Positions 1 through 9,721 are shown, counted from the stretch's first letter. The stretch: DNA of 64,000 bases from Longimicrobiales bacterium (GCA_965238005.1 OZ250165.1:4512001-4576000), one strand, 5' to 3'. A program made the numbers and translations. Notes: generated by a model not told the origin, from the sequence alone.

Positions 1-2
1 TC

Positions 3-1184
3 AGCGCGGCGGGAGAGTTCGATCTCCACATTCCGGGGATCAACGGGCCGGTGCAACTGGTGTGGGGGAGTCGGGCCCAATACGTAGGGGTGGACAAGAC
101 CAGCGGTGAGTTCCGCGCTCCGGTGTTGGCGACCCCGGCCCTGTCCGTAGCCATCGAGCCAAGAGGCATGGTGTGGCCCCAGGGCTCCCGTGAAGCACGG
201 CGAATGACGGTTCTCCTCCGGAACGACTCGCGCTCCGGAGCGGCCGGCAGCGTGGCTCTCCAGGCTCCCGAGGGTTGGGAGGTCACGCCAGCCAGCGTCC
301 CCTTCACCATGGACGTGGAGGGCTCCAGCAGGGGTTTCACGTTCACGGTAGAGCCGGGCGGAGACGTGGATGCCGGTGCCCATTTCTTCCGGGCGCTGGC
401 CATCCGGGACGACGGCACCCATTTCGACGAGCGGGTCGACATCATCGACTATCCGCACGTTGAGCGCACCCTCTACATGGAGCCCGCCGAGATGCGGGCC
501 TCGGTTCTGCCCGTCACGGTGGCCGCGGGGATCAAAGTGGGCTACGTGATGGGGTCGGGTGACGACGGGCTGGAGGCCCTCCGCCAGATGGGTGCCGACG
601 TGGAGGAGGTGCCGGCCGAACGCGTCCGTGACGGGGACTTCTCCCTGTACGACGTCCTGGTACTCGGGATCCGGGTGTACGAGACTCGCCCCGACGTGAC
701 GGCGGCGAACGACCAGATCCTGGAGTTTGCCCGGGCCGGCGGGACGGTGATCGTGCAGTACAACAAGTTCGAGTATCCCCGGGGTGGCTTCGCTCCCTAC
801 CCGTTGAGCATGGGGAATCGGTCGGCCCCGCGCGTGACGGACGAGAGCTCGCCGGTCGCGCTTCTGGATCCAGCATCCCCCGTATTCAACACGCCCAATC
901 GAATCACGGAGGCGGATTTCGAAGGGTGGGTGCAGGAGCGGGGCCTCTACTTCCTGAGCGAGTGGGACGAACGCTTCACGCCGCTCGTCGAGCTCACCGA
1001 TCCGGGTGAGGAGCCGACCCACGGATCCCTCCTGGTCGCGTCCGTGGGAGAGGGGATCTATGCTTACGTGGCCCTCTCCTTCTTTCGGCAGTTCCCCGCC
1101 GGTGTCCCAGGGGCCTACCGGCTCTTCGCCAACCTCGTGTCGCTGACCGCGGCCGAGTGGAACGCACATCAGGGATCGCGGTGA
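3..1184 (+). CDS. C-terminal part of a LmbE/PIG-L family protein (NEW3-like Ig domain plus class I GATase-like C-terminal domain); 5'-truncated by the window edge
   Basis: Frame is open from nt 3. Motifs IDYPHV, VGYVMGSGD, GWVQERGLYF and FFRQFPAGVPGAYRLFANL are typical of LmbE-like C-termini. It precedes a sodium:solute symporter, as is common for this family. Confidence 0.75.
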   Translation, partial: SAAGEFDLHIPGINGPVQLVWGSRAQYVGVDKTSGEFRAPVLATPALSVAIEPRGMVWPQGSREARRMTVLLRNDSRSGAAGSVALQAPEGWEVTPASVPFTMDVEGSSRGFTFTVEPGGDVDAGAHFFRALAIRDDGTHFDERVDIIDYPHVERTLYMEPAEMRASVLPVTVAAGIKVGYVMGSGDDGLEALRQMGADVEEVPAERVRDGDFSLYDVLVLGIRVYETRPDVTAANDQILEFARAGGTVIVQYNKFEYPRGGFAPYPLSMGNRSAPRVTDESSPVALLDPASPVFNTPNRITEADFEGWVQERGLYFLSEWDERFTPLVELTDPGEEPTHGSLLVASVGEGIYAYVALSFFRQFPAGVPGAYRLFANLVSLTAAEWNAHQGSR

Positions 1185-1187
1185 CCG

Positions 1188-1361
1188 GTGACAGACGTAG
1201 ACGAGCACCTGCAGCCGAGCGCCGAGGATGACGAAGAGGGAGGGAGGATCGGGATCTTCCCGAGTTGGGGCTGGCTGTACGGTACCGTTCTGGTTTACTC
1301 CACGGTCGTGATCATCCTCCTGCACATCTTCACCGTCACCCTCGACTTCGGGACGCCGTGA
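1188..1361 (+). CDS. Small single-pass membrane protein (57 aa), absent from the ORF track
   Basis: Manual translation MTDVDEHLQPSAEDDEEGGRIGIFPSWGWLYGTVLVYSTVVIILLHIFTVTLDFGTP. Its TGA overlaps the symporter GTG (GTGA at 1358-1361). Confidence 0.7.
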   Translation: MTDVDEHLQPSAEDDEEGGRIGIFPSWGWLYGTVLVYSTVVIILLHIFTVTLDFGTP

Positions 1362-3046
1362 CGGCCCTCGACTGGATGGTCTTCGCCGTCTACTTCGCCG
1401 GCGTCATCGGGTTCGCACTCTATCAGAGCCGAAAGAACGTCGGGGTCGAGGGCTTCTTCCTAGCGAATCGAAGCCTTCCCTGGGCGGCGGTCGGACTCTC
1501 GGTCATGGCGACCCAGGCCAGCGCCATCACCTTCATCGGGACCACGGGGCAGGCCTTCGACGACGGGATGGAGTTCATCCAGGTGTACCTCCCGCAGCCC
1601 TTCGTCATGGTGATCCTGTGCGTCCTCTTCGTCCCCTTCTTCTACCGCTCCAAGGTCTTCACGGCCTACGAGTACCTCGAGACCCGATTCGACGCCAAGA
1701 CCCGCTCGCTGACGAGTTTTCTATTCCTCATTTCCCGGGGACTGGCGGCGGGCATCGTGCTCTACGCTCCTGCCATCGTTCTCTCGGTGATCATGGGATG
1801 GGACGAGAGGGTCACGATTCTCATCATGGGTGCGGTCACGATCGCCTATACGATGGCCGGCGGGATCACCGCCGTCATCTGGACCGACGTCATCCAGATG
1901 CTGATGATGTTCGTAGGGATCGCGGCGGCTCTGGTCATCCTGTTCGGCACTCTCCCGGGCGAGGTGGGTGTGGCCGATGTCGTCTACATCGGCGGGATCC
2001 AGGATATGTGGTCGAGCATCGACTGGTCCTGGGATCCGACGAACACCTATACGATCTGGTCCGGGATGATCGGGGGGTTCTTCCTGGCCCTCGCATACTT
2101 CGGGTGCGACCAGAGCCAGGTTCAGCGGTACCTCACGGCGGACTCTCTAAAGTCCAGCAGGCTGTCACTCATCTTCAACGCGTTCCTCAAGGTGCCGATG
2201 CAGTTCGCCATCTTGTCCATCGGCGTCCTGTTATTTGTCTTCTACCACTTCGAGCGCCCACCTCTGCTCTTCAACTCGGCAGAGGTGACCATGGTGCGCG
2301 AGAGCCGGAGCGGGGACGACTTCAGGAGGCTCGAGCAGGAGCACGGAGACGTGCACTCGCTGCGGAGGCAGGCGACGCTCGGCCTCATTGAAGCCCGGCG
2401 TGAGGGCCAAGATCTGGCCGATCTGCGACAGCGCATCGGCGAGTACGACGGACAGCTGCAGGGGCTCCGCAGGGAAGCGAGGTCCGTCGTGTCCGAGGTC
2501 CGGGGGACCTCGTCCAACGACGTGAACTACGTCTTCCCGTCCTACCTCATCAGGTACGTGCCGGCTGGCATCCTCGGGCTCATGATCGCCGTGATCTTCG
2601 CGGCAGCCATGTCGTCCCTTGACTCGGAGCTCACAGCGCTATCCAGCGCTACGGTCATCGACTTCTACAGGCGACATTTTCGGGTGGGGGCGTCGGAGGC
2701 GCACTACCTGACCGTGTCGCGTATCACGACGTTATTCTGGGGCCTGTTCGCGTGTGGGGTGGCGCTCTACGCCGGCAGGCTCGGATCGCTTCTCGAGGCT
2801 GTGAACCAGGTGGGCTCCTTCTTCTATGGATCGCTCCTGGGCGTCTTCCTCCTGGCCTTCATGGTGAAGGGTGCCGACGGAAACGGGGCCTTCTGGGGAC
2901 TGCTGGGGGGCATGCTGGCCGTCTTCGTGGTGTCCACCACGACGGACATCTCGTGGCTCTACTACAACGTGGTGGGTGCGCTGACCGTTCTCGCCATCGG
3001 GACGCTGATGAGGGTTGTCTCGTCCCGCCCTCTGGCCTCGAGCTAG
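1358..3046 (+). CDS. Sodium:solute symporter (SSS family)
   Basis: Motifs FFLANRSLPW, SVMATQASAITFIG, AVIWTDVIQ, DQSQVQRYL and AAAMSSLDS; many TM helices. Start moved from 1265 to the GTG at 1358 (VTALDW). Confidence 0.92.
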   Translation: MTALDWMVFAVYFAGVIGFALYQSRKNVGVEGFFLANRSLPWAAVGLSVMATQASAITFIGTTGQAFDDGMEFIQVYLPQPFVMVILCVLFVPFFYRSKVFTAYEYLETRFDAKTRSLTSFLFLISRGLAAGIVLYAPAIVLSVIMGWDERVTILIMGAVTIAYTMAGGITAVIWTDVIQMLMMFVGIAAALVILFGTLPGEVGVADVVYIGGIQDMWSSIDWSWDPTNTYTIWSGMIGGFFLALAYFGCDQSQVQRYLTADSLKSSRLSLIFNAFLKVPMQFAILSIGVLLFVFYHFERPPLLFNSAEVTMVRESRSGDDFRRLEQEHGDVHSLRRQATLGLIEARREGQDLADLRQRIGEYDGQLQGLRREARSVVSEVRGTSSNDVNYVFPSYLIRYVPAGILGLMIAVIFAAAMSSLDSELTALSSATVIDFYRRHFRVGASEAHYLTVSRITTLFWGLFACGVALYAGRLGSLLEAVNQVGSFFYGSLLGVFLLAFMVKGADGNGAFWGLLGGMLAVFVVSTTTDISWLYYNVVGALTVLAIGTLMRVVSSRPLASS

Positions 3047-3060
3047 TGTCAGGACACTAA

Positions 3061-4143
3061 CTACTCGTCTCCGAACGAGATCCCCAGGTTCCGCGCCGTC
3101 CTCACCACGTCACCGTCCACGGGCACGAGCTTGACTTGGGCGATGGCCTCGCTCAGGGGGACGGCCAGGACGTTGGGAGGGTCGAGAGCCACCATGCAGC
3201 CGAAGCGCCGGTCCTTCACCAGCTCTACGGCAGCCGATCCGAAGCGGAGAGCCAACAGGCGGTCGTAGGCGCTGGGCTCTCCTCCCCGCTGGAGGTGACC
3301 GAGGGCGAGAGATCGGGTCTCGTAACCGGTTCGCTCCTCGATCTGGGCGGCGAGCCTTTCGGCGATGCCGCCGAGGCGGGGAGAGCCCCCGGCGCGGGCC
3401 TGTTCCTTGAAGGTCTGCGATCCACCGGCCTCGGCCGCGCCCTCGGCTGCGACTACGATGGCGAACCCGTTCCCCGCCTCGTAGCGGTCCTCGATCTTGG
3501 CGCACAGAGTGTCGAAGCTGTAAGGAATCTCCGGTATGAGGATCACGTCGGCCGTGGCCGCCACACCAGCGAACAGTGCGATCCAGCCGGCGTTCCGACC
3601 CATGAGCTCCACTACCATGACGCGGCCGTGAGCCTCGGCGGTGGAGTGGAGCCGGCCGATGGCGTCGGTGGCTGTGGCTACGGCAGTGTGGAAGCCAAAG
3701 GTCACCTGGGTCGAAGCCAGATCGTTGTCGATGGTCTTGGGGACTCCCACGACCGAAAGTCCCTTCTCGGCCAGCACCGACGCGATGTGCAGAGAGCCGT
3801 CCCCTCCGATGGCGATGAGAGCGTTCATCCCGCGACGGCGAAACTCTCCGATAACTTCGTCGGACCGGTCTACGAGCTCCACCGATCCGTCGGGTCGCTC
3901 CACGGGCCACTCCAGGGGACTTCCACGGTTGGTGGTGCCCAGGATGGTGCCGCCCACGTGCGTGATCCCGCGGACGGACTCACGGGTCAGGGCCACCACT
4001 CCGTCGTCCTCGAAGAGGCCCTGATATCCGTGGCGGATCCCGAACACGTCCCAGCCCAGATGGAGGGCCGAGAGGACCACGGCCCGGATTACTGCATTCA
4101 GGCCGGGGGCGTCTCCACCGCCCGTGTTGATGGCAATTTGCAC
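3061..4143 (-). CDS. pfkA: 6-phosphofructokinase (PfkA family)
   Basis: Motifs TGGGDAPGLN, GGTILGTTN, IGGDGS, PKTIDND, ELMGRNAG and LGHLQRGG. Confidence 0.93.
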   Translation of the reverse strand: MQIAINTGGGDAPGLNAVIRAVVLSALHLGWDVFGIRHGYQGLFEDDGVVALTRESVRGITHVGGTILGTTNRGSPLEWPVERPDGSVELVDRSDEVIGEFRRRGMNALIAIGGDGSLHIASVLAEKGLSVVGVPKTIDNDLASTQVTFGFHTAVATATDAIGRLHSTAEAHGRVMVVELMGRNAGWIALFAGVAATADVILIPEIPYSFDTLCAKIEDRYEAGNGFAIVVAAEGAAEAGGSQTFKEQARAGGSPRLGGIAERLAAQIEERTGYETRSLALGHLQRGGEPSAYDRLLALRFGSAAVELVKDRRFGCMVALDPPNVLAVPLSEAIAQVKLVPVDGDVVRTARNLGISFGDE

Positions 4144-4183
4144 TGCGCTCGCGCGTCGAAGAGCCGACGACGGCTCGAGTTAG

Positions 4184-4454
4184 TTTGGTGTTACAGAAGT
4201 GTCTCGGCCATTGATCTCGCTGCGCTCGATCGTCTCGCGGTCAACTCGGCGCTCACGACGAGCATGAAGGTCGCTCGGCTCGAGCACCGATGCATCCGGC
4301 CCTGCGGCGTTCCTCCTCCTCGGACCACGGCCTTCGGCCGCGGTGCCCGCGTTGCTATTCCTCGTCGTCGCGCCTGACCCACGCATCCGGCGCGGGTACC
4401 CCGGATCCGGCGCCTCGGCACTCTCGGTGGCTCGCGAACTTCTGGGACACCACA
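4184..4454. mobile_element. Long diverged copy of the MITE-like structured repeat family
   Basis: Shares AAGTGTCTCGGCCA, TGCATCCG, GACCACG, CGCGGTGCCCGC and GGTGGCTCGCGAACTT with the other copies. Its 17-bp ends are inverted repeats (14/17), with flanks TTAG and CTCG. Confidence 0.7.
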
Positions 4455-4464
4455 CTCGGAGCCG

Positions 4465-5622
4465 TTATCGGAATCGTAGCGTTCCGGAGGCTTCCACCCC
4501 GATCAGCCCGTGGGTCGTCCCGTCCGGCGCCTTGAGGCGTCCCACGTTCACCTTTGCCCGCGGGAAGAAGTCGAGCCCCATGATCCGTAGGGGCAGGTCG
4601 AAGCCTCCGCCCAGGATCCAGCTGGCACCTGCGTCCACCTCTCCCGGTTGCGTGCCCAGGTCCTGAAGTCGGAAGTCCACGATTGGTCGCAAGTAGAGCG
4701 TCGATCTGATGGGAATCGCACCTCTCAGGCTCGCGAAGAGGAGGTTCTGCGTATTGGTCGCGACGAGGGAGTCGCCCACGATGTCCCCGGTGGAGTTGAG
4801 TATCTGCGGGCTCAGATCTCCCTCGGCGCGCCAGACGTCGGCGGCCGAGACGCTCCACGTGGTGCTTCCCGCACGAAATGCGTAGGTCGCGTCGACGCGT
4901 AGACGCTTGCCCGACTGGAAGAGGTTCCGGCCACCGAACTCGTCCGATTGAAAGGACTGGAGCGTGAACCCGGCGGTGAACTTCCCGGTCTCACCCACGT
5001 TCCGGTCGAGGCCGACTCTTATGCGCAGCTCGTTTCCCGGCGAATAGGCCAGGCTGGTATCGGAGCGCGGCTCGAATTCGTCCGCCGCTCGATAGCTCAC
5101 GCCCAGGCCCAAGCCCCACGTGCCGAGACTGTGCGCCGTGGCCACTCCGGTCGTGACATAGGTTCCCGTGCCCCAGTTCGACTCCCGGAAGCCCAGGATG
5201 TCCGAGGAAAGCACGGACGCCACCACGGCCTCCTCGGAGTCGTGGGTGACGTTGCCGGTAGGCAGGTTCACGCCAAGCGTGAGGATAGCCCAGGGCGAGG
5301 CCAGGTAGCTGAAGTGTAGCCTCGTGTCTACCACACCGTTGAGGACGGAGACCCGGCCGTCCCGCTTAACGCGGCCCTCCGCCCAGGCGGAGAAGAGCTC
5401 CGCCGAGAACTTGTCGCCCGCGGGGAGCCGGTAGGCGATGGGGATCATGAGCAGCTGGGCCGCATCGACTCCCAGATCGTCATCGAAATCGTAGCCTTGG
5501 TAGACGGCCGAGACACCCAAGCTCTGTACGTTGGTCTGGGCTGCAGCGTGGGTGTGGGCTCCGAAGCTGCCCACGGCTCCGAAGACCAGGATCGCGAACA
5601 GGGAGAAGTGTCTAGTGCTCAT
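4465..5622 (-). CDS. Hypothetical exported protein, probable outer-membrane beta-barrel
   Basis: Sec signal ending AAA-Q, amphipathic beta-strand patterning and an aromatic C-terminus (LRFR). Overlaps the upstream TPR gene by 4 nt. Confidence 0.65.
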   Translation of the reverse strand: MSTRHFSLFAILVFGAVGSFGAHTHAAAQTNVQSLGVSAVYQGYDFDDDLGVDAAQLLMIPIAYRLPAGDKFSAELFSAWAEGRVKRDGRVSVLNGVVDTRLHFSYLASPWAILTLGVNLPTGNVTHDSEEAVVASVLSSDILGFRESNWGTGTYVTTGVATAHSLGTWGLGLGVSYRAADEFEPRSDTSLAYSPGNELRIRVGLDRNVGETGKFTAGFTLQSFQSDEFGGRNLFQSGKRLRVDATYAFRAGSTTWSVSAADVWRAEGDLSPQILNSTGDIVGDSLVATNTQNLLFASLRGAIPIRSTLYLRPIVDFRLQDLGTQPGEVDAGASWILGGGFDLPLRIMGLDFFPRAKVNVGRLKAPDGTTHGLIGVEASGTLRFR

Positions 5623-6998
5623 TGCTCACCTCCCGGCCGCCGTATACTGATGGTCACCCGGGCCCTGGTCGTCGCCGTGCCCTCCTGCTGCGTGGCCTCC
5701 TGGGAGGAGTCACGCTCCGAGGCCTGCTTGTTATCCTGCCCCGCACTCGTCGTGGTACCCTGGTCGATGACCGTGGCCGTCGCGCTCGGGTTCACGTCCT
5801 GCGACGTCTCCTGCAGCAGGTTGTCGGTGGGAGCGATGTCGCCGGCGTCGGCCACACCGGTCACCCCCGACGTCTCACCGGCCGAGGCATCCTGGATGTC
5901 GGCGGTAGTGGTCGCCGCCGCGTCGTCGAGGCTCTGGGCCTCGGTGTTGGCCGTCTGCGCCGCGTCGAAGGTGGGATCGATGGATGCGGCCTGCTGGAAG
6001 AAGTCGGAAGCCGCCTGGAAATCGCCCCGGTCCATGGCCATGAGGCCCTCGCCGTAGGACAGGAACGCCAGGATGCTCTCGGCCCGGTTCTCGTTGATGG
6101 CCTCGCGCTCGGCGGGCGTCAACACCGCTCCGAGCACGTCGAGAATCTGGAATACGAGACCCTTCTCCATGTCGAAGATGGCCTCGAGCTCGTCCTGATC
6201 CGATACCGATCCGGCCGCCTGGGCCCGCACGGTGTTCATCACCTCGGCGTCGAACTGGATATTCTCCTGACCCAGGGTCGTGAGCACACCCTGGACCACG
6301 TGCTCCGACCTCAGGAGCCTACCCGCCCGGGCTCCCGTAACCGGATCGGCGTAGCCGGCCTCCGACAGCGCCATCTCGTCGAGGAGCGACTGGATCTGTG
6401 TCCGCTCCAGGACCGTCAGAGCGTTGGAGATGGCGAGATCGGTGATCATCATGTCCGCAAGAGCCACCTGAAGTGGCAGCAGGCCCTCGTCGTCCGAGAT
6501 GAGCCGGAAGGGGAACACCGCCACGGTGCGCGGCTCCGGAGGCTCGGTGGCCAGCTCGGCTTCTTGGGCCAGGGCGGCCTGGGCGGCGGACTGCAGCTCG
6601 TTCCGAACGATGAGCAGGAGGCGATCCTCCAGATCGTCCTTGAGGGGACCCCAGTTGCCCACATCGAGGTACGTAGTGTAAGCCTCTCTGGCTCCGGCCC
6701 AGTCCTCCAGCGACTCGTTGGACAGGCCGAGATAGAGATAGGCCGCCCCGGATTCGGCGCCCACCTCGACGGCGTTGGCCAGCGTCGTGCGCGCCTGCTC
6801 GAAGCGACCGTCCTTGTAGAGGGCTATGCCCAGACGGGTCTGGGCGGTAAGGTCACCAGGATTCTGAGAGAGCTGCTCCTGGAGACTGGGGATTTGGGCG
6901 GGATCGGCGTCGAGGCCCTGTCGCGCACAGCCGTCCAGCAACAAAGGGAGGACGAGTAGGAGCGAGAGGTGCCGGGTACTGTTCCAAGCCAAGGACAT
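5619..6998 (-). CDS. TPR + CsgG/HfaB (TolB-N-like) domain lipoprotein with an acidic/Thr-rich tail
   Basis: Lipobox-like LLLDGC; TPR-like helices (LGIALYKDGRFEQA, AYLYLGLS); CsgG-like segment TVAVFPF...VLERTQIQSLLDEMAL...ARAGRLL. Start taken as the ATG at 6998. Confidence 0.8.
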   Translation of the reverse strand: MSLAWNSTRHLSLLLVLPLLLDGCARQGLDADPAQIPSLQEQLSQNPGDLTAQTRLGIALYKDGRFEQARTTLANAVEVGAESGAAYLYLGLSNESLEDWAGAREAYTTYLDVGNWGPLKDDLEDRLLLIVRNELQSAAQAALAQEAELATEPPEPRTVAVFPFRLISDDEGLLPLQVALADMMITDLAISNALTVLERTQIQSLLDEMALSEAGYADPVTGARAGRLLRSEHVVQGVLTTLGQENIQFDAEVMNTVRAQAAGSVSDQDELEAIFDMEKGLVFQILDVLGAVLTPAEREAINENRAESILAFLSYGEGLMAMDRGDFQAASDFFQQAASIDPTFDAAQTANTEAQSLDDAAATTTADIQDASAGETSGVTGVADAGDIAPTDNLLQETSQDVNPSATATVIDQGTTTSAGQDNKQASERDSSQEATQQEGTATTRARVTISIRRPGGEQ

Positions 6999-7206
6999 CG
7001 GAAGCTTCCAGCAGGGGAAACGAATGCTCCATACAGGACGGGATTCCGCGGGCCATATAGAAGACTCGCACTCCCGTCGGAGTGGTCCTAAATTCACGGT
7101 GAGGGCTCCCGGCGGGCAAACGAAATCTTGCTCCTTTGGCCCGCCGTTTGCGCCCGCCGGCGCTGTGGCTCGGAGGGGTGAGCCCTCGCCTCGAGGAGGA
7201 TTGGTC

Positions 7207-7908
7207 TTGCGCATCGACGCCCCCCTTTCAGTTGCCGCGGTGGTGCTGGCTCTCGGCGTTGCGGTGCAACCTGTTCACGCCCAGAACCCTGACGTGCCCA
7301 CGGTGGCCGTACTGGACTTCACCGGTCTCATGCTCGGCTCGGCGGGCAACTCCGCCCCCCTGGGCAAAGCCGTCTCCAGCATGCTCATCACGGAGCTCAT
7401 CGGTAATCCCGGTCTTCAGGTCATCGAGCGATATCAGCTCCAGGACCTGCTCATGGAGCAGCGACTGGCTCTGTCCGGCAGGGTGGACGAGGGCACGGCC
7501 GTCGAGATCGGCAAGATGGTGGGTGCCCAGTACATGATCTACGGCCAGGTCACGAGCATCGCCGAGCAGCTACGGATGGACATGAGAGTCGTCGACGTGG
7601 AGACGTCGGAGGTGGTCGAAGCCCAGAAGATGAACGACAAGACGAGCGAGCTTCTGTCCGTGGTTGTGCGCATGGCGGACTCCTTCGTGGAGAAGCTGGA
7701 CCTGGATCCCCCGTCGTCCAGGGCGAAGATGGAGCCGATCCCGGTGCGGGCCACCGTAGAGTTTTCCCGTGCCGTCGATTTCGAGGACAAGGGTGAGATC
7801 GAGCAGGCCCTGGAGCATTACAGGGCGGCACTCGAGATCCACCCAGCCCACCGCGCTGCTCGACAGGCGGTCGATCGACTGGCGGCGAGCGGCGAGGACG
7901 ACCGATGA
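7207..7908 (+). CDS. Exported CsgG/HfaB-family protein with a C-terminal TPR
   Basis: GAGGAGGA RBS before the TTG at 7207; signal peptide VHA-Q; TVAVLDF...VIERYQLQDLLMEQRL...AVEIGKMVGAQYMIYG; TPR ALEHYRAALEIHP. Confidence 0.85.
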   Translation: MRIDAPLSVAAVVLALGVAVQPVHAQNPDVPTVAVLDFTGLMLGSAGNSAPLGKAVSSMLITELIGNPGLQVIERYQLQDLLMEQRLALSGRVDEGTAVEIGKMVGAQYMIYGQVTSIAEQLRMDMRVVDVETSEVVEAQKMNDKTSELLSVVVRMADSFVEKLDLDPPSSRAKMEPIPVRATVEFSRAVDFEDKGEIEQALEHYRAALEIHPAHRAARQAVDRLAASGEDDR

Positions 7909-9695
7909 CGAAAGCACTCCGAGGGGCGGTCGCTTGGACGCCCGCCCTGACGCTCGCCTGCATGGCTCTGATTCCGGATGGGCTGGGCGCCCAACAGGAT
8001 GCCGAGATCGCGTTCGACACGGATCTGCCACGGGTCCTGGTCTTCATCCAGGAGGAAGACGGGCAGATCGCCGCCCGTGAGATGACCAACTTCCTGCTCG
8101 AGGGGGGCTTCCCGGTGGTGGATCCGGCCTTGGCGTACACGGCCGCCCAGAGGGAGCTGGTGCAGGCGGCGCTGGGTGGGGACGAGGGTGCCGCTACGAG
8201 CCTGGGTCGTGACTTCGGGGCGCAGGTGCTGATTCTGGGGCGCGCGGACTGGGGCGCCCGGCCCGACAGGGTGGATCAGACCGCCATCACCGCCACGGGA
8301 GAGGTGGCTGTGCGCGCGCTGCGGCTGGATCTGGGCAGAGTCATCGCCACGGCGGAGGGTGACGGCGGGCGGGTCCTGGAGGCCACCGAGCAGCGCGGAA
8401 AGGCGCGGGTCCTGCGAAAAGCCACTCAGGAAGTGCTCGAGAACACCTCCTTCCTCGGCCAGCTCATGAACAATTGGGTCGACGAGCCTTGGGAGAACGC
8501 TCTCTACTGGGTGCCGGACCCCGGCTCCGTCCCCGCCGAGATGGCTTCTGCGGCCCGGGGGGCCGGTCCCGGACTCGCGATACTTCGTGCCGACGTCTCA
8601 CCGTCCACCCAGGCGGGGGCCACCCGTGGACTCGGCGTGGTGAAGAAAGGGGACCGGTCCTCGGATCTCTTCAACCCGATCCGCATCGAGGGCGTTGTCA
8701 TCGGTGAGACCAGAGGTGTGGAGGTCGAGGGCAAGCCCGCCAACCTCATCGACCTCGAGGAAGGCGAGGCAGAGCGCCTGGGCGTCGAGGGGCAGACGGC
8801 CCAACGGTTCTGGGCGGAGACCAACCTGCCCATGAGCCAGGATTCGGTCAGGGTTGTGGCGGAGGGGCCCGGTGGCTCCACCACCGAGGCCGTGGCCGCC
8901 CCACGCATCGACGAGCGCTGGGCCGTGGTGATCGGCGTGGGCCAGTACGGGAGCGCCGATATCCCGGACCTCGAGTTCGCTGGCGCGGACGCACGGGCCG
9001 TGTACGAGTTTCTTACGAGCTCCGCTGCGGGACCCTTCGAGGAGGATCACGTTCGCTTCCTCACCGACGAGGAGGCCACCGGCGAGGCCATGCGGGATGC
9101 CCTTTTCGTCTTCCTGCAGCAGGCCGACTGGGACGACCTCGTCTTCATCTACTATGCTGGCCACGGCGCGCCGGACCCCAACCGTCCGGACAACCTCTAT
9201 CTGCTGCCTACCGACAGTGATCTGGACGCTTTGGCGTCCACAGCGTTCCCGATGTGGGACGTCAAGACGGCCCTACGGCGACAGATCGCGTCCGAGCGCG
9301 TGATCGTGGTTGCCGACGCTTGTCACTCTGCCGGGACGGCGGACGGCGACGTGGTCGGGGGAGCGGAGGGCAACGCCATCGCCGGCGGCTTCGCTCAGCT
9401 TTTCTCGCCGTCCAGGCGGCTTATGATGACGGCCGCCGATACGAACGAGTTCTCCCTCGAGGACGCACGGTGGGGAGGCCACGGAGTGTTCACGCACTTC
9501 CTTCTGGACGGGCTCAGGGGGAACGGTGACGCCAACGCGGACGGCGTCGTAACGTTCAGCGAGATCTTCGACTACGTGAGCAAGAACGTGATCTCGGCCA
9601 CCGAGGGCCGTCAGAATCCGCAGCGGTCCGGGTTCGGGGACATACCCCTCGCGGTGGTGGAGACGGCCGGCACCGGGGACGGTGGAGGTCGGTAG
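7905..9695 (+). CDS. Exported caspase-family (peptidase C14) protein with an N-terminal accessory domain
   Basis: Signal peptide; C-terminal C14 domain with WAVVIG, YYAGHG (catalytic His), ADACHS (catalytic Cys), GHGVFT and QNPQ. Confidence 0.9.
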   Translation: MTKALRGAVAWTPALTLACMALIPDGLGAQQDAEIAFDTDLPRVLVFIQEEDGQIAAREMTNFLLEGGFPVVDPALAYTAAQRELVQAALGGDEGAATSLGRDFGAQVLILGRADWGARPDRVDQTAITATGEVAVRALRLDLGRVIATAEGDGGRVLEATEQRGKARVLRKATQEVLENTSFLGQLMNNWVDEPWENALYWVPDPGSVPAEMASAARGAGPGLAILRADVSPSTQAGATRGLGVVKKGDRSSDLFNPIRIEGVVIGETRGVEVEGKPANLIDLEEGEAERLGVEGQTAQRFWAETNLPMSQDSVRVVAEGPGGSTTEAVAAPRIDERWAVVIGVGQYGSADIPDLEFAGADARAVYEFLTSSAAGPFEEDHVRFLTDEEATGEAMRDALFVFLQQADWDDLVFIYYAGHGAPDPNRPDNLYLLPTDSDLDALASTAFPMWDVKTALRRQIASERVIVVADACHSAGTADGDVVGGAEGNAIAGGFAQLFSPSRRLMMTAADTNEFSLEDARWGGHGVFTHFLLDGLRGNGDANADGVVTFSEIFDYVSKNVISATEGRQNPQRSGFGDIPLAVVETAGTGDGGGR

Positions 9696-9721
9696 GGATC
9701 CAATCTAGCAGCTTCCAGAAT

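Noticed and set aside
5619..7908. Curli secretion operon
   Set aside because: Only CsgG-like domains fused to TPRs; no curlin repeats or CsgE/F.
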